From Erysipelothrix larvae (GTDB lineage Bacteria; Bacillota_I; Bacilli_A; Erysipelotrichales; Erysipelotrichaceae): DNA of 32,000 nucleotides. The translations under genes and the position numbers were made by a program. Below the pieces are notes generated by a model. The model was not told the DNA's origin. It saw only the letters and a list, made by a program, of their open reading frames with translations, and searched no databases. The stretch lies in NCBI RefSeq assembly GCF_001545095.1, contig NZ_CP013213.1, positions 1,290,001 through 1,322,000 on the forward strand, in the 5' to 3' direction. Below, piece by piece: positions 26,183 to 32,000 of this stretch. The first letter of the stretch is position 1, and each line of letters opens with the position of its first letter.

Positions 26183-26756
26183 CTTGGGTTGATTTTCGCT
26201 TAATCACCATTAACCCATCTCCGATATCATAGCGTTCTACACTTAAATCTGAGCGTGAGTTGATGTATGTTAAGAATGATTCGATGCGTTGAATCATTTG
26301 TCTTAAGTTTCGACTGCGAATCTCTTGAGAATGCCCTGTAAATCCATGGAAATCAATGTTATCGATGATCATGACTTTATCTACAAAGGCAAAATAGAGT
26401 TTAAACATGGCTTCATTTTGTGCTTTTGCAGCATCTAAAAGAATCGCGTCGTAATGTTTTATGTTTCTATATTTTAAAGCATCATGGTGAATTGTATGAA
26501 TTCGTGAGCCACAACTGAATTTCTTAACGTTCTTTATCGCTTCTTCATAACGCACGTCATCACGTTCAATCGTATCAATGAGTAAACCATCAATACGATG
26601 TGCAAAATTGAGCGTAGAATAAGCAATAGCCGTTCCTACCTCAAGTAAAGAACGGCTATGTGTATCAGCTAAGATTGTGGAAATGAAATCAATACTTTCA
26701 GAAGACATGATGGGAACATTATGTTCTAAAGCATAGCTTTCTATTTCACGAAACAT
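26178..26756 (-). CDS. trmR: class I SAM-dependent O-methyltransferase, YrrM/TrmR-like (tRNA 5-hydroxyuridine methyltransferase family)
   Basis: EHNVPIM, LEVGTAIAYS, TIER, LDAAK and IGDGL align with my recollection of Bacillus YrrM. The start was placed at the ATG at 26754-26756, 4 nt after the rplQ stop. No SD is visible. The longer GTG start at 26801 would overlap rplQ by 41 nt and also lacks an SD. Confidence 0.75.
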   Translation of the reverse strand: MFREIESYALEHNVPIMSSESIDFISTILADTHSRSLLEVGTAIAYSTLNFAHRIDGLLIDTIERDDVRYEEAIKNVKKFSCGSRIHTIHHDALKYRNIKHYDAILLDAAKAQNEAMFKLYFAFVDKVMIIDNIDFHGFTGHSQEIRSRNLRQMIQRIESFLTYINSRSDLSVERYDIGDGLMVIKRKSTQG

Positions 26757-26760
26757 AATC

Positions 26761-27123
26761 TTAAACGAATTCGATGTATGCCATGTCTGCAGCATCACCA
26801 CGGCGCTTTTCAGCTTTGATTACACGTGTGTAACCACCGTTACGATCTGCATAGCGTGGTCCAACTTCATCAAAAAGCTTTTGAAGTGCTGTTTGACCAG
26901 TTTTTTCATCAGCAACAACGTTGAAGACAATAGCAGCCGCTTGACGACGTGCATGTAAGTCACCGCGTTTAGCAAGTGTTACAAGTTTGTCAGCATATGA
27001 ACGGAGTTCGTATGCTTTCTTTTCTGTTGTTTCAATGCGACCGTGTACGATTAAGCTTGTTGCCATATTACGTAACAGTGCTTTACGGTGTGCTGAATCC
27101 CGCCCAAGTTTACGGTTTTTCAT
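26761..27123 (-). CDS. rplQ: 50S ribosomal protein L17
   Basis: [20 protein letters not shown]..., 120 aa. AGGAGG RBS. Confidence 0.97.
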   Translation of the reverse strand: MKNRKLGRDSAHRKALLRNMATSLIVHGRIETTEKKAYELRSYADKLVTLAKRGDLHARRQAAAIVFNVVADEKTGQTALQKLFDEVGPRYADRNGGYTRVIKAEKRRGDAADMAYIEFV

Positions 27124-27140
27124 CCCAAATTTCCTCCTAA

Positions 27141-28100
27141 TTACTCATATGATTTGAAGCCAAGGCTAAGCTCATGGAGTTTATCTTTAACTTCTTTAAG
27201 TGATTTCTTACCGAGGTTACGGATTCTCATCATTTCATCCTCGGATTTCAATGTTAATTCTTCAACAGTTTGGATACCTGCACGCTTCAGACAGTTGTAA
27301 GAACGAACTGAAAGGTCCAAGTCCTCAATCATCATTGTTGCCATTGGATTTTCTTGTCCTGATACATCAGGCTTAATAAGTGATTCTTGTTCATATACAG
27401 CATCCTTGATTGCAACGATTTGCTCAAGGTGATCCATTAAGATTTTTGATCCTAATGAAAGTGCTTGTTGAGGTTGAATCGAACCATTTGTCCAAATTTC
27501 CATGACTAAACGGTCAAACTTAGAATCTTGTCCCACACGTGTTGGTTCAACTTCATATTTAACGCGTTCGATTGGTGTGTAAATTGAGTCGGTATAGATA
27601 GTACCAATCCCTTGTGAAGCACTTTGGAACATTTGCTTGTTGTCATCTGAACTAACATAGCCACGACCGTTACGTGCTTTCATTTCCATATCTAAAACAG
27701 CACCTTCAGCAAGGGTTGCGATGATATGATCTTTATTTAGAATCTCAACATTTGTTGGACATTCAATATCCGCTGCAGTCACAACTTTTGGACCCTTTTG
27801 AGAAACTCTTAAGGTGTAAACTTCTGAATCTGCAATATCAAGAACCAAATCTTTTATATTCAATACGATTCCTGTCACATCTTCTCCAACTCCAGGAATT
27901 GAAGTAAATTCATGATAGACACCGTCTATTTTCAATGAATATACAGCTGCACCTGGCAGTGAGGAGAGCATAACCCGACGCAATGCATTTCCAATTGTTG
28001 TACCAAATCCACGTTCAAGAGGCTCAATCACGAATTTTCCGTAATGAGTCGTTTCATCAAATTCACTTACAACAAATTGTGCGCGTTCAAACTTGTTCAT
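27141..28100 (-). CDS. rpoA: DNA-directed RNA polymerase alpha subunit
   Basis: 319 aa. [22 protein letters not shown], and a C-terminal domain with [16 protein letters not shown]. Confidence 0.97.
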   Translation of the reverse strand: MNKFERAQFVVSEFDETTHYGKFVIEPLERGFGTTIGNALRRVMLSSLPGAAVYSLKIDGVYHEFTSIPGVGEDVTGIVLNIKDLVLDIADSEVYTLRVSQKGPKVVTAADIECPTNVEILNKDHIIATLAEGAVLDMEMKARNGRGYVSSDDNKQMFQSASQGIGTIYTDSIYTPIERVKYEVEPTRVGQDSKFDRLVMEIWTNGSIQPQQALSLGSKILMDHLEQIVAIKDAVYEQESLIKPDVSGQENPMATMMIEDLDLSVRSYNCLKRAGIQTVEELTLKSEDEMMRIRNLGKKSLKEVKDKLHELSLGFKSYE

Positions 28101-28132
28101 CTGGTCTTACCTCCTTAATCAGTGTTGTTTTT

Positions 28133-28528
28133 TTATCCACGTGGACGTTTTGGTGGACGGCAACCATTATGTGGCACAGGTGTCACATCATTGATTACGC
28201 TGATTTCAAGTCCAGCTGTTTGCAATGAACGTACTGCAGCTTCACGACCTGGTCCAGGCCCTTTAACACTAACTTCAACTGATTTCATTCCATTGTCTAC
28301 AGCACCGCGTGCTGCAGCTTCTGAAGCCATTTGAGCTGCAAATGGTGTAGATTTACGTGAACCCTTGAATCCAAGAGCTCCTGCACTTGACCAAGAAATT
28401 ACATTTCCTTGTTCATCCGAGATTGTTACAATAGTGTTGTTAAATGTCGAATGGATATGAGCGATACCGCGTGCTATATTCTTACGAGCACGACGTTTAC
28501 GCGTTGTGGTTCTTTTTGCTTTTGCCAT
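28133..28528 (-). CDS. rpsK: 30S ribosomal protein S11
   Basis: [16 protein letters not shown]...GPGPGREAA..., 131 aa. Confidence 0.97.
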   Translation of the reverse strand: MAKAKRTTTRKRRARKNIARGIAHIHSTFNNTIVTISDEQGNVISWSSAGALGFKGSRKSTPFAAQMASEAAARGAVDNGMKSVEVSVKGPGPGREAAVRSLQTAGLEISVINDVTPVPHNGCRPPKRPRG

Positions 28529-28546
28529 TACGCTTTTATCCTCCTA

Positions 28547-28912
28547 CTACTTCTTCTTGTTAGCTACTGTACGACGTGGTCCTTTACGTGTACGAGCGTT
28601 TGTCTTAGTACGTTGACCACGTACAGGAAGACCACGACGATGACGCATACCACGGTAGCTACCAATTTCCATTAAACGTTTGATGTTTAAGTTAACTTCA
28701 CGACGAAGATCCCCTTCGACACGGTGTTTTTCAACTTCACGACGAATCGCATTCATTTGATCTTCTGTAAGATCTTTTACACGGATGCTCTCATCAATCT
28801 CAGCAGCTGCTAAAATCTTTTGTGATGTTGGCAAACCAATTCCATAAATATATGTTAGTGATATAACTACACGCTTATTACGTGGGATATCAATACCAGC
28901 AATACGAGCCAT
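28547..28912 (-). CDS. rpsM: 30S ribosomal protein S13
   Basis: [26 protein letters not shown]..., 121 aa. Confidence 0.97.
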   Translation of the reverse strand: MARIAGIDIPRNKRVVISLTYIYGIGLPTSQKILAAAEIDESIRVKDLTEDQMNAIRREVEKHRVEGDLRREVNLNIKRLMEIGSYRGMRHRRGLPVRGQRTKTNARTRKGPRRTVANKKK

Positions 28913-28962
28913 TTATAAGACTTCCTCCTATTTCAAATAATCCATCATTAATAATATCATAA

Positions 28963-28979
28963 TTTCGACATAATCGAAA
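28963..28979 (-). promoter_or_regulatory. hairpin in the infA-rpsM spacer (possible attenuator or processing site)
   Basis: UUUCGA-UUAUG-UCGAAA is a 6-bp stem starting 1 nt after the infA stop, followed by the A/U-rich UUAUGAUAUUAUUAAUG. Confidence 0.35.
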
Positions 28980-29198
28980 CTATTTATGTCTAAATGTTAT
29001 ACGCCCACGTGATAAATCGTAGGGTGATAACTCTACAGTCACTCTGTCTCCCGGTAAAATGCGAATGTAATGCATACGGATTTTACCAGATACGTGAGCA
29101 ATTATTTCGTGACCATTCTCAAGTTTCACCTTGAATTGTGCACTTGGAAGTGTATCTACGATTACACCATCCAGTTCAATAACGTCCTGTTTACTCAT
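28980..29198 (-). CDS. infA: translation initiation factor IF-1
   Basis: 72 aa. [42 protein letters not shown]... The map stop and infA start form a UGAUG overlap. Confidence 0.97.
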   Translation of the reverse strand: MSKQDVIELDGVIVDTLPSAQFKVKLENGHEIIAHVSGKIRMHYIRILPGDRVTVELSPYDLSRGRITFRHK

Positions 29199-29965
29199 CA
29201 GTGTGTAAATGCCTCCTTTGAACGCGTTAATATTTCATAACCATCATCTTTAATTAATACAGTATGTTCGAAATGTGCTGTTAATGAACGATCCTTTGAC
29301 TTTACAGTCCATTCATCATCCATTACCTCTGTACGATGTGTTCCCAACTGAACCATTGGTTCAATTGCTAATGTCATGTTTTTTCGTAACAATACACCTT
29401 TTCCTGCAATGCCATAATTTGGTACTGCTGGATCTTCATGCATTGAAGTTCCAATACCATGACCAGTGTACTCAATCGGCACACCAAATCCATAAGGTTT
29501 TACAGCATCACTAACAGCAACCCCAATATCTCCAAGACGATTTCCAGCTTTCGCTTTCTCAAGTCCTGCAAATAATGATTTTTCTGTCACTTCTAATAGT
29601 AGTTTCGCTTCTTCACTAATTTCACCAACTGGATAAGTCCATGCGGAATCTCCGTGGTAACCTTTGTAAATTGCGCCTATATCAATCGAGACAATGTCGC
29701 CTTCTTTCAGAATGACTTTTTCACTTGGAATACCATGCACCAAGACTTCATTGACTGATGCACAAATCGAAGCAGGAAATCCATTATAACCAAGAAAAGA
29801 CGGAGTAGCATCTTGACTCAAAATAAACGCATGAGCCACATCATTTAAATGCTTTGTTGAAACACCAGGCTTAATTTCTTTTTTAACCGCTTCATGTGTT
29901 AAGAATACAATCTCACCCGCACGACGCATCAACTCTAATTCTCTTTCTGACTTGGTAGTAATCAT
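29198..29965 (-). CDS. map: type I methionine aminopeptidase
   Basis: 255 aa. Metal ligand blocks [17 protein letters not shown] and EPM. ATGA overlap with adk. Confidence 0.95.
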   Translation of the reverse strand: MITTKSERELELMRRAGEIVFLTHEAVKKEIKPGVSTKHLNDVAHAFILSQDATPSFLGYNGFPASICASVNEVLVHGIPSEKVILKEGDIVSIDIGAIYKGYHGDSAWTYPVGEISEEAKLLLEVTEKSLFAGLEKAKAGNRLGDIGVAVSDAVKPYGFGVPIEYTGHGIGTSMHEDPAVPNYGIAGKGVLLRKNMTLAIEPMVQLGTHRTEVMDDEWTVKSKDRSLTAHFEHTVLIKDDGYEILTRSKEAFTH

Positions 29966-30612
29966 TTACTTGCCTCCAACACTTTAAAAATGTCTTCTAA
30001 AACTAATTCAATTGGTTGATCAGCGTTAATATCTCGAACCAATCCTTTGCTCCTGTAAAATTCAATCACAGGGAGTGTTGTTTCTAAGTATGCTTGATGA
30101 CGCACTTCGAATTTTTCTTCAGTATCATCGTCTCTTTGAATTAAAGGTGTTTGATCAAGATCACAGATTCCTTCAACTTTAGGTTTACGTGTATCAATAT
30201 GATAGATTGCTCCACATGTTGGACACAGACGACGTCCTGTAATTCGTTTTACAAGTTCATCATGATTTACATCTAGATTTAATACTAAATCAATCGGACG
30301 ATTGATTTCCTTTGACATCACATCAAATGCTTCTACTTGAGCGATACTACGTGGGAATCCATCGAGTAGATAACCATTTAAGCAATCACCTTGTGAGATG
30401 CGTTCTTTAACCATACGGTTTGTGACATCATCTGGAACAAGTTTTCCTTGGTCCATGTATTCTTTAGCTTCCATACCAACAGGAGTTTGTTTCGAGAGAG
30501 CTTCTCGAAACATATCCCCAGTTGAGATGTAAGCAATGTTTAATTTATTGACAATCTCTTTTGACATTGTCCCCTTGCCGCTTCCAGCAGGTCCCATAAT
30601 TAAATAATTCAT
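29962..30612 (-). CDS. adk: adenylate kinase (zinc-lid type)
   Basis: GPAGSGKGT P-loop. The lid contains CPTCGAIYH...C.D. Confidence 0.96.
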   Translation of the reverse strand: MNYLIMGPAGSGKGTMSKEIVNKLNIAYISTGDMFREALSKQTPVGMEAKEYMDQGKLVPDDVTNRMVKERISQGDCLNGYLLDGFPRSIAQVEAFDVMSKEINRPIDLVLNLDVNHDELVKRITGRRLCPTCGAIYHIDTRKPKVEGICDLDQTPLIQRDDDTEEKFEVRHQAYLETTLPVIEFYRSKGLVRDINADQPIELVLEDIFKVLEASK

Positions 30613-30630
30613 GCTTACTCCTAACTAACT

Positions 30631-31923
30631 TTAGTGCTTGAAGAAACCAGAATAGGTTCTTTGTGCCAAGCGACCTTGAAGTTCTTTAACAGTCTCAAGT
30701 GCTACCCCAACAACAATGATGATCCCAGTTCCACCAGGAGCTGTTGCATGAGGAATTGCACCGTTTGTAATAATCGGTAGCAAGTACGGTAGTAATGCGA
30801 TAAATGCAATGAAGATTGCTCCAAATACAGTGATTCGGTTCAATACTGTTGTAATGTATCGCTTTGTATCCTTACCAGGTCTTACACCTGGAATATAGGA
30901 ATTATTCTTACCAAAGTTTTCTGCAATCTTCTCAGGGTCAACCGTTAGGTGAGTGTAGAAGAAGGTGAAGAAAATGATCAATACAATATAAGCAATCAGC
31001 CCACCAGGTGTACTCAATGCAAGATACTGATTCATAAACTTATAAAGCCAAAAATCTTGATTAATCCAACTCATAATAACAAGTGGGGCTTGAAGAATTG
31101 CACTTGCAAAAATTACCGGAATAACGTTTGCAGAGTTTATCTTAAGTGGTAAGTGATTCATGTTTTTACCACGTGTTGCACCACTGCTTGATGAATACTG
31201 AATCGTAATTTTACGAACTGCTTGGTTCATAAATACAACTAATACAATAATCGTTAAATTCAATAATACAAATAAAGCAAAATAGGCAATACCACTTGCC
31301 GAATAATTGTTATCAGTAACCATTGAAGTAAATGCATTTGCATAGTTCGTAGGCATATGAGCAACAATACCAGCAAAGATAATTAGTGACATACCATTAC
31401 CAACACCTTTTGTTGTAATTTGATCACCTAACCAAAGTAGGAACATTGTACCTGCTGACATGACAGTTGCCATGAAGAGATAGCTTTGTGCTGAAGTATC
31501 CATTAAGATACCATATTGGTTTTGATAAGCAATCAACAATGTGATTGATTGTACGAACGCTAATACAATAGCAAGGTATCGTGTAATACGATCCATTTGC
31601 ATTTTACCCTTTTGTCCAGATTTCGCGAGTTCTGCCAAGTAAGGAATAATATCCATCGACAATAATTGAACAATGATAGATGCATTAATGTATGGCCCAA
31701 CCCCCATAGAGAAGATTGAGAATGTTTGTAACGCACCCCCGCCAAGCAAGCTCATCATATCTAGGATCGAATTAGAACCTAAACCAGCTTGTAACTTGAC
31801 ACGGTCCACATTAGGAACAGTCATGACTGTTCCTAATCTGAATACCGCTAGCATTGTCAAAGTGAAAATGATGCGATTTCTGATTTCTTTATTTTTAAAT
31901 AAATCAGTTATAAAGCGTATCAT
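30631..31923 (-). CDS. secY: preprotein translocase subunit SecY
   Basis: 430 aa with 10 TM helices. FSMGVGPYINASIIVQLL and GGTGIIIVVGVALET. Confidence 0.96.
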   Translation of the reverse strand: MIRFITDLFKNKEIRNRIIFTLTMLAVFRLGTVMTVPNVDRVKLQAGLGSNSILDMMSLLGGGALQTFSIFSMGVGPYINASIIVQLLSMDIIPYLAELAKSGQKGKMQMDRITRYLAIVLAFVQSITLLIAYQNQYGILMDTSAQSYLFMATVMSAGTMFLLWLGDQITTKGVGNGMSLIIFAGIVAHMPTNYANAFTSMVTDNNYSASGIAYFALFVLLNLTIIVLVVFMNQAVRKITIQYSSSSGATRGKNMNHLPLKINSANVIPVIFASAILQAPLVIMSWINQDFWLYKFMNQYLALSTPGGLIAYIVLIIFFTFFYTHLTVDPEKIAENFGKNNSYIPGVRPGKDTKRYITTVLNRITVFGAIFIAFIALLPYLLPIITNGAIPHATAPGGTGIIIVVGVALETVKELQGRLAQRTYSGFFKH

Positions 31924-32000
31924 TAGATCACCTCGACTTTTCCACCTAATTTCTCAATAGCTTCAACTGCTGTCTTTGAGAAAGCATTTGCTTTAACTGT
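31923..32000 (-). CDS. rplO: 50S ribosomal protein L15, C-terminal fragment (gene continues beyond the window)
   Basis: My translation of the minus strand gives ...TVKANAFSKTAVEAIEKLGGKVEVI*. Its TAA shares one nucleotide with the secY ATG (UAAUG). Confidence 0.85.
   Translation of the reverse strand, partial: TVKANAFSKTAVEAIEKLGGKVEVI

Noticed and set aside
1-32000. Mobile elements, prophage, toxin-antitoxin or defence islands.
   Set aside because: No transposase, integrase, recombinase, terminal inverted repeats or tRNA-flanked insertion were recognised. The MazG-like and DUF1292 small proteins sit in conserved housekeeping contexts rather than in island-like contexts.

Overview
This is a low-GC Bacillota-type chromosomal core region, and 31 of 33 genes are on the minus strand. 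Synteny blocks resemble Bacillus. One is the tail of the spc/alpha ribosomal cluster (rplO'-secY-adk-map-infA-rpsM-rpsK-rpoA-rplQ). Others are alaS-ireB(yrzL)-ruvX-DUF1292, udk, greA, comEA-comEC-holA, and a tightly overlapped fmt / ECF-S-component / lepA / mazG-like / hemW string. Ion and sulfur homeostasis genes are a type IIA P-type ATPase, a CNNM/CorB-type DUF21-CBS transporter, and cysK divergent from a CymR-like Rrf2 regulator. Also present are a BusR-like GntR/RCK_C regulator, an orphan PTS EIIC, a trmR-like O-methyltransferase fused to the end of the alpha operon, and one large sortase-anchored adhesin with near-identical coding repeats. Cis-acting RNAs read from the sequence are a yybP-ykoY (Mn2+) riboswitch with an overlapping terminator upstream of the ATPase, and a T-box leader upstream of alaS. 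I see no rRNA or tRNA genes, CRISPR array, transposase, integrase, prophage or recognisable defence genes. I could not find a convincing multi-gene novel system. The least explained pieces are: (1) the ~150-nt leader of the CorB-type transporter, with an SD-preceded uORF ending in a UAAUG overlap and a perfect palindrome; (2) the BusR-like regulator with no osmolyte transporter nearby and a perfect 14-bp palindrome on its own promoter; (3) several atypical junctions: rpmJ missing from infA-rpsM, trmR 4 nt after rplQ, and convergent stop-codon overlap of cymR-like and corB-like genes. All family calls come from motif recognition by eye, not from database searches.
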